A stretch of 59,985 bases of DNA, filler included, from Sphacelaria rigidula (lineage: Eukaryota), in the NCBI GenBank assembly GCA_964200075.2. It is 6 parts of 6 records of this genome, joined end to end, with 100 filler letters (N's around TTAATTAATTAA, not from the genome) between each part and the next. Parts side by side here need not be neighbours in the genome. Positions count along the whole stretch, not along the records: positions 1 to 9,915 come from CAXNAA020007493.1; positions 10,016 to 19,929 come from CAXNAA020007494.1; 4 more parts are not named here. The stretch is one strand, 5' to 3'. Each line of letters begins with the position of its first letter. Positions within the stretch are counted from its first letter, which is position 1. Shown here one piece after another: positions 1-12,449 of the stretch. Position numbers and translations under genes: made by a program. A model generated the notes under the pieces. That model was given only the letters and a program-made list of their open reading frames with translations. It had not been told where the DNA came from and made no database searches.

Positions 1-99
1 TCAGGCAGCCTGACCCCGAACATCAGGCGCTGTATGGCCATTGTTTTCGTGACATTTTGAGCTGGTTATGGGGGGGGGGGGCTATCGTAGAAAGGGTCC
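1..99 (+). mobile_element. Right end of a MITE, same family as 46760-47008
   Basis: gcagcctgaccccgaacatcaggcg...gggggctatcgtagaaagggtcc aligns with ~46918-47008; truncated by the window start. Confidence 0.7.
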
Positions 100-246
100 A
101 CGCCACGTCGCGATCCGTGACACCCCCCCCCAGTCCTAGGGTTGAAAAACCCTGGGACTGAACATGATTCACACGATGGATCGCCGCGTTACCATATCCC
201 TCTTCCCGAGTACTCGGCGTCTTGGTGTAGCCGTCGATCTGGATAA

Positions 247-430
247 CCGTTCTGCCGGGTTAGACCACGTAGGGCATTTCAACACCGCGCAGGAACGATT
301 TTATACCGCCCGGGGGGGGTCCTTGATCTTGTTGACCGCTCTACCGGATTAGACCACATAGGGGATTTAAACACCGTACAGAAACAATCCTATCCAGTCC
401 GGAGAAGTCCTTGATCTTGTTGACCGCTCT
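247..430. repeat. Two diverged tandem units of ~89 bp
   Basis: ttagaccac...aacaccg...gtccttgatcttgttgaccgctct occurs twice in tandem. Confidence 0.75.
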
Positions 431-1192
431 GAGCTGTCCGTAAACGGTGTGCGGATCTTGCTACATTGGGGAATCTCCCGCGCAATTGAGCCCCTTTCTG
501 CATTTTGACCTCAAGATCGAGACCTGGTATAATCACCTGGTATCCGTGGCTCCTCAATTAAAGCCCCCCCCCCCCCCCCCCCCCCCCCCGCCCCGCCCCT
601 CCCCCTTCCTCCTCCCGCCGCACAAGGCGAACTACCCAATCCCNNNNNNNNNNAGCTGCCCCTTCTTTACTCCCCTTGTATTCGTGGTTCCTTCTTTAAA
701 GCCCCCCCCCCCCCCCCACCAGGGTCTTGGTCTGACTTCCGCTCTGCCTCTTGAACCGACGAACGAGTTATAGCGGCTCCTCAAACCTCTGGTAACTCTG
801 CTTCGTCACGAGGCCACATCGTAGCGAGTGTGATCAAATCCTCATCCTTACCCTGGATATGAGTCAGGCTCAACAAGTCCCCCGCTTCCATTTGATAAAA
901 CCACCTTCATCATTCACGGGAAAACGAAATTAGCCGCAATTTATGGCATGGCGTCGATATTCACCGGGGTGGTGTCTGGCGGAAACATTCTCAATCATCA
1001 ACGACGTCAGAAATGATGAATCCGGTAACATGGATAGCAGCGCTTCCCCAGTATAACAATAGTGAACAAAAATTAAAGCGGAAGGAGAACGAAGGGAACA
1101 GCAGTATAACCGGACAAAACAGGTTCACGCTTGTGCATTTGGCCAGGGTATCACGTGTCGGGGATAGCCAGGTATAAATTCATAGATTCCGA

Positions 1193-1594
1193 AGGGAAAT
1201 CTGGCTCCATGTCAACCTGTTCGGGCAGCATGGGAAATCCTGGATGCCTGTCAATTTGTTCGAACGCGCATGGGAAACTCCTGGTCCCCTGTCAACCTGT
1301 TCGAAAACACATGGGAAATCCTGGATCCATGTCAACCTGTTCGAACACGCATGGGCAACTCCTGGCCCCCTGTCAACCTGTTCGAAAACATATGGGAAAT
1401 CCTGGATCCATGTCAACCTGTTCAAACACGCATGGGAAACTCCTGGCCCCTGTCAACCTGTTCGAAAACATATGTGAAATCCTGGATCCATGTCAACCTG
1501 TTCGAACACGCGTGGGTAACTCCTGGCCCCCTGTCAACCTGTTCGAAAACATATGGGAAATCCTGGATCCATGTCAACCTGTTCGAACACGCAT
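1193..1594. repeat. Minisatellite: ~40-bp monomers in an 81-bp dimeric higher-order repeat
   Basis: Core tgtcaacctgttcgaa recurs about every 40 bp, alternating between ggaaatcctggatcca and actcctggcccc subunits. Confidence 0.92.
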
Positions 1595-2232
1595 GGTCTT
1601 GACATCTTGAGCCTTCGTCCCCGCCCATTTTCCTGTATGCAATCAAATCCTGCTGTTCGCTGTATGGTGCAAGCACATACACATATATATGGTTCATACA
1701 ACTTTCTCGTTCATCCATTCGATGTCCGGCTTGTATGTGAGCAATTTGCATAGTCTCTACGATAAAGACACGAGTCGTTCATTACAAGCCAACAACTTTC
1801 ATCAGATTATTTTCGGCATAAACTTCGGCAAAGGAATGTGTGGAACCCATGGACTCTCAAGACCAGAAGAGTGTAGCCCTGCCCCGGGGACGGTCATAGC
1901 GCGCACACGTAGACGGCCATCTTCGAATGGATTGTCAGAGCGTGCACAAGTAGACAATCATCTTCGAATTGGTTGTCGGAGCGTGCAGGAGTATAGACGG
2001 TCAACGGGAACTGACGGAGCATACGTCTGGTGGCCTCATGCAAACACATTAAGATGCAGCTTCACTCACAGTCGCCCAATTGTTGTGGATCTGGGTTGAT
2101 TATCACACTCATGAGTAGCTACACAGAAATTGGCAGGCGGGCACCAACAATAATTGTTGACGAGCAACTGTTGCAGGCTTCATACAGTCCTATGACCCAC
2201 CGCTGCAGGTATTATTAATCAAATAATGGTAC

Positions 2233-2594
2233 TGTAAGGAGGACGTATCCGAGAGGGGACAGACTAAGGACGAGGCTGTCCCAAGAGATGTCGTCCTGAT
2301 GCCGAAGGAACTCCGAAGCTGACGATGATTTCCTCTAGTGAGATGTAGGCAAGAAGTGGGTCAGACACAGAGTGGTCGCTGGAGGCGCCCGGGTTCCTCG
2401 GGGGATGTTGGACCGTCCTGAATATTAGGCTCTTTCTGGCATCACCCCGAGTTGTCTAGTTTCGCTGGCATTACAGGGCCCTCGGGGAATCTGGTCCTTC
2501 CGGAACGTTTCTACCTCGTCCCTGCTTGCACTGGGTCTGTATACAGGTCTAACATCAGTCTCTGATACGTCACTGCAAAGGGATATCTCCCACA
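2233..2594 (-). repeat. 3' LTR (362 bp)
   Basis: TG...CA termini (tgtaaggag...ctcccaca); first 202 bp match 9714-9915 with 7 mismatches by my count; abuts the PPT. Confidence 0.9.
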
Positions 2595-2607
2595 TTCCCC
2601 CCCCCTT
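2595..2607 (-). promoter_or_regulatory. Polypurine tract
   Basis: Minus strand AAGGGGGGGGGAA immediately before the TG of the 3' LTR. Confidence 0.88.
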
Positions 2608-3319
2608 ATGCGCCGGAAGCCCATCGAGGCTATGGCTGGTGGGATGAGGCGATCATCAGCTTCGCTGATGATATATCCATGGGAATATCCTTGAGTGACT
2701 ATCATTGATTACGTCACGCCACCACTACTTCGCAAAGGCAGCCCTTCTCTATACTGTGGTATTGAGCAAACACCTCCAGTAAATTTTAGCTACCTGAGGT
2801 CCGTAACAGGGCATGTATTGCAAACCCTTTTTATTTTGGTTTTCTGTCATGTAGTTGTCATATATGACATGTTTCCATCAAATGTATTTGCACTTAGGTG
2901 CTGGTTGCCTCTGTTGGTCTATATGACTGGGCACTGGGACACTGATCGATCCACGGGCGCCTGGGTTATTCACGCCCGGGTACTGGGACGCCTTCGGTTC
3001 CTCTGACACCTGCGTGGGACTACGTCCTTGCGTTAGTACCAAAGCGGTGGATACGATGTTTTCGGTCTGTGAGCATTGTGCTTCTGCCTAAACATCGCAA
3101 AAATGACCCTTACCTCCTGTCAGCAACTACCCCCATTGCTGGGAGGTGATCTTCCTTGGGAAGTTTCACCTCCGACACCGCTGACATGTCAGATCTCGCT
3201 CTGTTCATGTCCGTATTGTTGTAACGTTGTTGACTCTCATTAATCTCCGAATTTTGATCCCAGGCTATTGTTCAACCCTTGAGCGTGTTGTTAAGGCGCT
3301 CGCACAGTCTGTTGAACAG

Positions 3320-4633
3320 TCACGTCCGTTTCCGTTTCCCTGTAGTCTTGGATTTCGAGTCCGGATGTGAGCGTTCAGCTAACCCATTATCATGACGGAA
3401 CTGATCAATGAGATGTCTGCATTGCGGTACTTCATCCGCACGGTAGGTCAGGTCAATCGCTGGGCCGTAACCTTTGAGTCTCAACCGATATTTATAGTTA
3501 TGGCTACTCCTCCGACCTGGGCCTGGCGCGTGACCTACCACTTTTTCGACGGTGTAGCGTTCTATTGTGGGCAATGTTCCGTCTGGTTGGTCTATCTCTG
3601 GTAGAGGTATCTGTCTACCTAAGAACAGCTCGCTCAACTTGTCAAAGTCTGGTGCTGGTGCGGTTTCTCGCGGATGATATTTCTTCAGATGAGCAAGATG
3701 TACTGATGTTTCCTTAGAGCCGTCGCCTATTTTGATTCTGCATACAACCGGCGATCGCCTCTCAGTTATCGTGAATGGACCTCTCCATGGTAACTGGAGT
3801 TTTGGATTCGGCCCTTCTGAGTCTTGAAATGGTCGATACAAAAGTATTTTTTGCCCCGGTTTGAACACTGGGAAAGATTTTAGTTTGTTTTTGTTGTCTT
3901 GCTCGTTCGCCGTTTCTCGTAAGGCTTGTCTCGCGATTTCAAATCCAAACTGTAGGTTTTCCCGTGTTTCCTTGGAAAATTCCTCGGGTGTCGCCGCTTG
4001 GCCCTCTTCTGGTATGCCGAGAATCATGTCCACTGGCAACCTGGGCTGTCTTCCAAACAACAGAAAATATGGTGTCTCTTGTACTGTGTTATGATAAGTG
4101 GTGTTGTACGCCATTTGGACGAATGGAAGCATGGATGCCCAGTTTTTGTTTCCGATCGACATATGCATCGATAACATCATGTGCACAGTGGAGTGGACGC
4201 GTTCCGACACTGAGTTGCCTTGCGGACGTAGTGGGGTCCTACGCGTCTTATCGAAACCTAACTCTTGTTGCAGTGCGTATGTTCATTTGTTCTCAAACTC
4301 GGCCCCTTGATCGCTGCTGTGGAGCTTCATTGGGATGCCAAATGTTGTAAAAACTCTGTCCATAAGGGTTTTGGCTATCGCCGTGGCTTGTTTATTCGGG
4401 ACTGGAATGAGCAAAGCATACCTTGTGAGGTGGTCCATTACTGTCAGTACGTATTTACATAGTACTCCGGCGTTGGACATTAAAGCCGTTTTGTATTCAA
4501 CCAGGTCAAGCGACACTCGTTCATATGGCCTCTCTACCGGAATATGTCCCATTGGCAATTTTTGCCGGCGGGGCGTCTTTCGGCGTTGGCAACTCTGACA
4601 TTTTAAGCACCAATCCTTGATATCGCGGTTCAT
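3320..4633 (-). pseudogene. pol: pol fragment: integrase core, GPF motif and C-terminal chromodomain
   Basis: CLKCQSCQ, VSLDLVEY, SDQGAEF, ERVH, WRGPF, YTVEKVVGH...YRLRLKGYGP. Confidence 0.93.
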
Positions 4634-5530
4634 TGATAGCCAATAATACTTTCGGTCGGATTTTGTCGTATGTTCGCTTGAATCCTAAGTGGCCTCCTGA
4701 TAGCACATGGTCGTGGTACGCATGTAGCACCAAGCCTATTGGGGTGTTAGGTAGCACAAGTTGGTCACAAACTGTGCTTCGTTTTTTCAAGTGTCCCGGC
4801 AAGTAAGATTTGAATAAAATCCCGTCATGTACTGAATAATGTGACATCGATGTGAGCGATTCTTTTTCTGGTATCGGAACATCTTTTTCCGTGATGCATT
4901 CGATGTAGGGACCGTACTCCACGGCTTGCTCTTCTCGCAATTTTTTGAGGTTGATTGACGTGAAGACGTTTGCTGCGCTTACGTATACTGATTTCACGGT
5001 GAACAACTCTCGATCACTTTGCACCGGTTTCAAATTGACGAGCTTTTCAGCTGAAATCTGGAACTGATGTTGTGGCTTAGCTATCTGTAACTCAGGGTTT
5101 TCTGGGACGTTACGGCATATCGGCGCAAGCAACAGCTTGATTTCTGCTTCCTGTCGCTTTTCAAACGCATATAGCCGTGAGAGGGTGTCCGGTATAAGAT
5201 GAAGTTTCCCCGGTTTATGTTTGACCGTGAAATCATACGATTGCAATGCGATCGCCCATCGGGTCAACATATTACTTGTATCCTGCATCGCATACAAACA
5301 TCGAAGAGCGGCATGGTCTGTTACACACGTAAAGTGACGTCCCCAGAGAAAAGCTCCGAAACGTTGAATCGCTAGTACGACCGTGTAACATTTTTTCATG
5401 GTAGGCGAATAGCGGCCCTGGGCGTCGTTGAAACGTTGACTGAAGTATGCTACGATTGCCTCTTCTTCGCCTTTCCTTTGGGAGACGTAGGCCCCAGCCC
5501 CACGGTCTGAAGCATCAACGTTTATGATGA
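4521..5530 (-). pseudogene. pol: pol fragment: RNase H and integrase zinc-finger start
   Basis: FTCVTDHAAL, LTRWAIALQSYDFTVKHKPGK, YHDHVLSGGHLG. Confidence 0.92.
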
Positions 5531-6803
5531 AGTCTTTCGTGAAATCTGGAAAAATGAAGGACGGGTGCCTCAGTCATCAATTTTTGAATTTTCTCGAAGG
5601 CTTCATCATGTTCAGTATTCCAGAGTTTCGACACTTGTTTTGCCGCCCCTTTTTTTGTGAGATCTACCAGTGGTGCTATGGTTGTAGCCAAGTCTGGTAT
5701 AAATTTCCGTACGAAATTTATTGTACCGAGTACTGATCTCAACTCTTTAATATTGGTGGGTTTCGGCAAGTCGAGGATAGCTTTTATTCTTTGATCACTC
5801 ACTCTGATCTCATCTGCGGACAGTACATGACCCAAATATTTGACTTGCTTTGGACCAAATCCATTGTCGGCTTTAGTGTAAGGCCTGCTGTTTGTAGTGC
5901 TTGGAACGTGCTTTCTAGTAGGGTGAGATGACTCGCCCAGCTTGGTGAACAAAACATTATGTCATCCATATACACTAGTAAGCCACTCTTAGGTCCGAAG
6001 TGTGCAAATGCTAGTGCCATTATGCGTGAGAAGATAAAAGGCGAACACGCTAAACCAAATGGTAACCGGTTGAACACCCGTTTCCCTCTCTGAGTGACAA
6101 ACGCTGTTTTCTCTTTTTCGTTTTCCGCTACTGGTATCTGGTGGAACGCACTTTGTACATCGCAAACTGTTATGAATTTCGCCCCCGCTACTGTATCTAT
6201 GTGACTTTCGATAGCTGGCATGGGCCATGATTTGCGAATCAAGTTTTTATTTCTCGTTGCTCGATAATCTACGCAAAATCGTGCTGTTTCATCTGCTTTT
6301 GCGACTATTGTAACCGCTGATCCCCACCGGCTTGGGCGTTGTTCGACTATACTATATTTTCCCATTTGGTCGACGCATTTGTTGATTGCGTCTTGCACTC
6401 TGGGGTTTGCTCTATATGGTGCTCGGTCTACCGGTTGAGTCCCAGGTTTGAGCGGAAAACGTGCTTCGTCTAACGTACAACAGCCCAACTCCCGCGGATT
6501 AAGTGAAAGCACAGAACGGTATTTTGCGCAAAAACCCAGTATTTGAGAGCATTGCTCCGGGGGGAAAGTCGTATTTTCGAAAGCTTTGCGTAAAGCTGGA
6601 CGTAATACCTTTTTCGCATTCTTTCTCTCTGACACCGTATTTCCCGCCATTGCACTGACTGTAGCTGGTTTTGTTTCTCGTACTGGGGTGATATAGCCTA
6701 AAATCGTATTACGTTTCAGGTTCACATGTCGATTCGACGGATTCGCGATTTGTACCATTGCCGTCTTATTTGTTGTCGACCATGTGCACACCCGTCCTTG
6801 CAA
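5515..6803 (-). pseudogene. pol: pol fragment: reverse transcriptase (frameshifted)
   Basis: RFCVDYR, DVQSAFHQI, KTAFVT, FNRLPFGL, LLVYMDDI, VKYLGH, LRSVLGTINFVRKFIP. Confidence 0.95.
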
Positions 6804-7521
6804 CGATGATGCGCGTGAACGCTTGGGGTACGTCGGTTGATCGAATGTCTTCTTCGGTTATAATGCGTGGCTCTACGATGGCTGCTGTTGTTCTTGACGG
6901 GGTATTTTCCGTTTCAAGTAATACGGCCATCTCACTCTGCGGGGGCACGTTGCATGTCTTCGTGAGAAAAACTGGAACAGCTTTAGAACAGTTCACACTG
7001 ACTACAGAACAATGTGTCGTTCCGGGGTGTGTTGTATTTTGTGAACGCCGCTGTTTTCGATGCGATGCTTTGACTTCTATACTGGAATCGCGGAATGTTA
7101 GCTCTTCCGCTTGCCAGTCGAGTAGAGCTTGGAAAGCACTCATAACGGAATTATCCAGTAAAAGGCAATCCGGTCCTAGGTTATGTAATACGAACGCTTC
7201 TACTGGTAGGATTTTTATCCCTAACGTAAGTTCAAAACGTATAAAACCTAGAATTTTCATGGGTAAGCCGTCCGCATTCCTGAGGTCTATCAAACCTGGT
7301 GGCACTGGTTTTATATCAGCTGCCATTATGGTTGGGTGTTCATCGATGAACGTTTTGCTGATACAGGGCACGTCTGCTGCGGAATCAATTGTGATTTTTT
7401 CAGCGGGGGTGCCGTTTACTCTGGCTGTGACTCTCACACGGGCTGATGCGCAGGACAGTGCTAAAGTTGCAACTGTATATCTGGCAAGCGAAGATGCGTT
7501 GTAAGAGCCATAGCTGATCAT
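6766..7521 (-). pseudogene. pol: pol fragment: retropepsin aspartic protease plus downstream beta-rich domain
   Basis: ITIDSAADVPCIS catalytic motif, LRNADGLPMKILG flap, CLLLDNSVM. Confidence 0.85.
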
Positions 7522-7884
7522 TTAGGATCGGGTTTGAAAACGAAGATTGGTGTTTCGATTTTTTATTTTTCTGCAATGAGTTACTCACAAAAGCCGCCTG
7601 CGGAGCTAAAAATATACGTTGCGTCTGTTCTACGCATTCGCTATTTGTACCCTGCTCTCTGCTGCTATGCTCCTGCTCTGCTCATCCCGTACATGGTTGA
7701 CCTCTACCCGAGACCTCTTACGCATTCTCCGTGGTTGGTCTGCCGTACTGTCAGAAAAATGAAACTCTCCCATCTTACGAGCCAGAGGGTTGACGATTTC
7801 GCGTCCTTCTGTTTCCCTCGATTTTCTAGGTAAGGATTTACCGTTTCTGCCCTGATCAGACGAGGGGTCTTCTCTTGGGCGCCT

Positions 7885-9733
7885 TCACGGGTTGTATTTT
7901 TTAGCAAACTCTAAATCCGCTGTCTCGTGTGTGTTCTTGTACCTGCATGGTGCGTACTCACAACGGATCGATTTTTTCGTTTTACCGCTCAACTGCTTGT
8001 CGTTGGATGTACTCTTATCGTTACTGTTTCTGAAGCGTACTTTTTTCAACTCTCCCCCTGATCTATTCGCGCTCCTGTCTCTGCTAGCCGACCGTTTCTC
8101 CGCTCTCCCTCTCTCTCCTTTGATCGCTTTTAACTGCGACTGAAGATCCGTGAGGATTGCGCCATGATCGGCTATCATTTCCGCTAGCTGTGGACGTGGG
8201 GGATTTACAGTTGCGGCCGAGACATGGGGAGTGTCTCCCGTTTGGTTTGGCCATGTGCGAAGATTGTTTTGTTTGTGTTCTTTCGCTCGTGCTGTCCCAG
8301 CTTGGAAGTCGAGCGTACTATCTTCTCTCACCATTTCAACTCTGATATGGGGTTTGAGCCCGGTCTCAAATGCTGCTGTTGTGATCACGTCTATTATGAA
8401 GCGAAGCGTGTCGTGGCCAGGGAATTTCACCCGCAAGGCTTCGGTCACGAATCTGTCCATCGAAGTCGTGCACTCCAGTGCATAGTCGTCTACGTTCTGA
8501 TCTTCTTTCTGTTTCAGATCGGCTATCGCACGGGCTAACAGTACTAGTTGGTTTGGTGGAGAGAAGCGATGAGTGTAGGCCGCTACCCATTATGTTCATG
8601 TTTTCGGGGCGATGGGTGCGGTATCTTCTCCTCTCGATTTGAGGTCACTCTACTTTTCCGCTTCCTAGAGAGGTGTATAGCTTTTCTGATGACCCTCTGA
8701 GAATACGTGGTAGGTGTTTTATGGCGTGCCGTTGTACTGTGGATTCTGTGCAATCGTTAGGGGCATGAATCCTAACTCGATTGAGAAACGCATCAAGAAT
8801 TGCTGGCACGTCCTCACTCCGTTTTCCTTCTAGGATTAACGTTGATGGAAAATCTGATTGTTTTATCGAAAGTTTTTGAGTCCTCATGGTGCTACTATGG
8901 CTTGTAGATGGCGAAGTCAGTACTGAACTAGACAGAGGCTCTATGTTGTGGCTGTTTTCTTGTACGTTAGTGAGGCTTGTTGGCGGATCTAACGTCAAAG
9001 TCCCTGAGCTCTCTGTGGATTGGATCGGCGTAGTGTGAGGCAGTTCGACTCCGAAATTATTGACTGGATCGTTGACACTATCCTGGGGTTTACTTGTATT
9101 GTTTTGTAGCATCGTACTGTTACTTAGATGTTCTATTTCCGACGCTACTGGGTTACTCCATTTCGATACCTGTGAAACTCCCTGTTCCTGCGGTACTGAA
9201 AACCCCAAAGCTTGCATCACCCACGGAGCTGGCTCCGTGTCCTCCTCGTCACTCCTCTCCAACGCCCTATATGCGAGCTCTGCTGCCTTTTCTTTGACGA
9301 TGGGTTGTGGCGTAGGGGTTGGTGTAGAGGATGAGGATAAATTGGTAGGGTCGCGAAGCGCATCAAACTTACCGGTGGACACCGGACGGATATCGGTGCT
9401 CCGCTCAGAGTCCTCGGAGTTGTCGCTGTCGCTTTTCCCCTCGTGGCTATACGGGGGATGAGTGGGCAGCGTTGTGTCGGCCGGCACAGGTACTACTGAC
9501 TGTCCTGCGCCTCTGGACTCTGCCGATTTCGCTGCCGAGGTGGAAGCTGATGGTGTGACGGCCGCGGTTGGATGTTGGAGGGTCTTCGCGGTGGCCCTTC
9601 CCTGAGTAGTTGTTCTGGTGGAGTTTTTGTGGGCGGATTTCTTTCTCGGCATTATGAAAGACATGTGCCCTACTACTAGATGTCTTACTTGAGTTCTAAT
9701 CTGGTTCTGCCAGTGTAAGGAGGACGTATCCAA
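7885..9733 (-). pseudogene. gag: gag-like region, broken into ORFs 8645-9733 and 7885-8460
   Basis: Lies between PBS and protease; S/T/P-rich N-terminus, capsid-like AAFETGLKPHIR helix, degenerate knuckle CEYAPCRYKNTHETAD. Confidence 0.75.
9696..9712 (-). promoter_or_regulatory. Primer-binding site (cognate tRNA not identified)
   Basis: Minus strand TGGCAGAACCAGATTAG begins 1 nt after the CA end of the 5' LTR; TGG pairs with tRNA CCA. Confidence 0.7.
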
Positions 9734-9915
9734 GGGGGGACAGACTAAGGAAGAGGCTGTCCCAAGAGATGTCGTCCTGATGCCGAAGGAACTCCGAAGC
9801 TGACGACGATTTCCTCTTGTGGGATGTAGGCAAGAAGTGGGTCAGACACAGAGTGGTCGCTGGAGGCGACCGGGTTCCTCGGGGGATGTTGGACCGTCCT
9901 GAATATTAGGCTCTT
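9714..9915 (-). repeat. 5' LTR (partial)
   Basis: Direct repeat of 2233-2434; runs into the spacer. Confidence 0.92.
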
Positions 9916-10015
9916 NNNNNNNNNNNNNNNNNNNNNNNNNNNNNNNNNNNNNNNNNNNNTTAATTAATTAANNNNNNNNNNNNNNNNNNNNNNNNNNNNN
10001 NNNNNNNNNNNNNNN
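9916..10015. other. Artificial contig spacer N44-TTAATTAATTAA-N44
   Basis: Palindromic 12-mer with stops in all six frames, flanked by 44 N each side; five identical copies in the window. Confidence 0.97.
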
Positions 10016-11009
10016 TAGGGCGTGAAAGGGAAGGGAGAAAGTATACAGTACAGACAGCGCAGGACAATGTGTATATGTATGTTCTCTACCTACAGTGCGA
10101 CGTGAAAAAGACTTGAACAACGTGCAGCATATCGTATACGCGCGGCCTGTATGCTGCACTACAGTATGTTATATCGCGGTGCGTCCGCGCTCCGCAGCAT
10201 GCATATGATGGTGAGTGTGTATATGCATACCATAGGCGGCCGGTTGATTGTTGTTCTTCGCACCCGTGCCTGTATATACGCACCCCGCGATTGTCGTCGC
10301 CGCGCGATGTCGCGACCATGAAAGAAGTAGGTGCTCAAGTTTCCACCAACGAGAAATACATCATATCCACCCGCCGCACGGCAGTGTGTATGTGTCTACA
10401 TCCCTGTGCCCAAGCCGTGCTCTTTGCTGCGGGGTTGTGGTGGTATAGCAGGGCGGAATAATGACACTGTTGTGCGGGCGGGTGCTTTTGTTGATGTTCG
10501 ATTTGTGTGCGGTGACAAATATACGGAGTGATGGTCCACATATATACTATTCATATACGATTGATTAAGTGATATTTTCTAAACATGGTCCGTGTTAGTA
10601 GACGACGAAAGACGAGGTTTTGGGGAAAATTTAAATACATTCACAAGGTATACCCAATCATCTGACACCTTCCCACCTTCCCAGGGGCTTCACACGAAGC
10701 ACAGGTGTGGACATACACACGTATCCAACGTGTGGGATCTCTGTTCAGCGAAAGCGGTTGAGAGCTACTCATCCTTCAGCCCATGTACACATGGAATAAA
10801 ATTCTCGCCAGAAACACTGCGCAGGGTACGTAAACCCTGTAGACCCCCTCCACAGGGTGCTATCTGTCCACGTGTGGATGCAGGATTGCCTATCCTTCTC
10901 GGTTGGTCACTATGTTGTGGTCTACCCACGAGGTGATAAGGGCGTCACTCTCGAGCAATAAGTATAGTCGGGGGTTGCAATGTGCAATCAGCCGACTTGA
11001 GAGGACGGT

Positions 11010-11101
11010 CTGTGACGGTTTAAGTGACAACCAACTAGACTACTGACCAGTCAGCGCTGACTGGTCAGTAGTCTAGTTGGTTGTCTCTTAAACCGTCACA
11101 G
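11010..11101. repeat. 92-bp loopless palindrome
   Basis: 46-bp arms, 45/46 complementary, centre tcagc|gctga at 11055/11056. Confidence 0.95.
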
Positions 11102-11456
11102 GTTGCAGTCGAATGCAGCTCGTGGCACATAGACCCTTGAGTCCCAACCAGCACTGCATCCTCAGGCCAAACATAGACTCACTTTCACGTGCAGACAAGT
11201 GCTCTTGACTTGCTTGCAAGCGGGACGTCTCCAAGCGGTGGCTGATAGCTTTGTTATCAGGCTTGGCCACTGGCTAGCTAGAACCGAAGTTGCTAGATGG
11301 TGGAAAGTTGTGAGGGGCTAGGGGCCCGGGTGAAGCACGCCAAATTGGGATACAACACCAAGATGCGAATGGAGTAGGACCTACTGCACCTGCCATGCGT
11401 ACTTCGAAACACCTACTACATAGTATACACAGTCGGTATCCGCTGTAACATAAGTG

Positions 11457-11555
11457 CTGGGAGATATAGCTGTGCGCATCTCTCTGTGGGAGATGTGCAC
11501 GTCGGGTGTGTCTCGCACGCGTGGCTACTGCTGGTGATGGGAATAAAGCCAGCAT
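11457..11555 (+). repeat. Dispersed ~100-bp direct repeat, second copy at ~14531-14629
   Basis: ctgggagatatagctgtgcgcatctctctgtgggag is identical in both copies; the rest is diverged. Confidence 0.85.
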
Positions 11556-12449
11556 CCAATACAGGAGGAAAAAATGGATACGTACTCCTACTGAAAATGC
11601 TACAGTTAGGGATACGAATCGGGGGTGGGTGTTAGCCCCCGGATTTGGTCAGGCCGTTCGACGAAATGTTATCGATCAAAGACAACCCATCCCCGTTTCC
11701 TTTTTTCCATGCGCTTACACTTGATTAAACAGGACATCATTAGAACGAGAAAATCGTGCGTTTGAGCGATGCCCTCCCTGTTCAGGCGCCACACACACGT
11801 CCACACCCCTGCCACAAATTGCAAGGCAACTTCCTTTCTCCTCAACTCTTGAAGCGTTCACTGAAGCTCTGCAAAAAAACGTATATTTCCCGCCTGGTGT
11901 GCCGAACGTGGGACGTTCCCGGAAAGCGAAGCAATTACAACATGCATTGTAATTTGAAGCAAGTAACGCAAAAAACGGCGCTCGGATTGCACACATGGCC
12001 GACGAGATCGTCTCTGATTTAGCTGGCCTATCGATGGACTCTCCTCAACAAGCCACCATCCCCGACAAGAGCAAATGAAATAAAACCCCGCAGACGGGAC
12101 GGAGGCGGGGCAAAATGGGAAAAGAGGTCTGAATCGGAGTTTCTTTGTTTATATTGAAAAATCAGAAGTGTGCCAGGGTGTAATGCTCTCCGGGAAAATA
12201 GTAACAGAGAAGCGTTGCTGCTGTATATTCAGCCGCTCTAGGCCACGTTAGGGAGCGTAGAGTGTACTACAACACACAACACCAGGTGACTGTCTTGTGC
12301 TCTTCTGTTTCTTGGTTATGCAGAGTCTACGTTTACTGCCACATGTGGCCTGCCATCTGCATATCATCCCCACACTGCCCCGAAGGTTCAGCGTTCTGTC
12401 GGCATATAATAAATTGGCATAATATAATTCGAATTATGAACAGGAGCTA

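Larger units (their letters stand above)
2233..9915 (-). mobile_element. Ty3/Gypsy chromodomain-bearing LTR retrotransposon, near full length, inactivated by frameshifts and stops; 5' LTR cut by the contig end
   Basis: Paired LTRs, PBS and PPT; domain order gag-PR-RT-RNaseH-IN-chromodomain on the minus strand. Confidence 0.95.

Noticed and set aside
1193..1594. CRISPR array
   Set aside because: The intervening sequences are two recurring variants, not unique spacers; no cas genes; eukaryotic context.
6758..7504. 248-aa plus-strand ORF
   Set aside because: Antisense shadow of the protease region; no independent motifs.
9960..9971. Regularly spaced TTAATTAATTAA palindromes as biological sites
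   Set aside because: Always centred in 44+44 N; an assembly linker.
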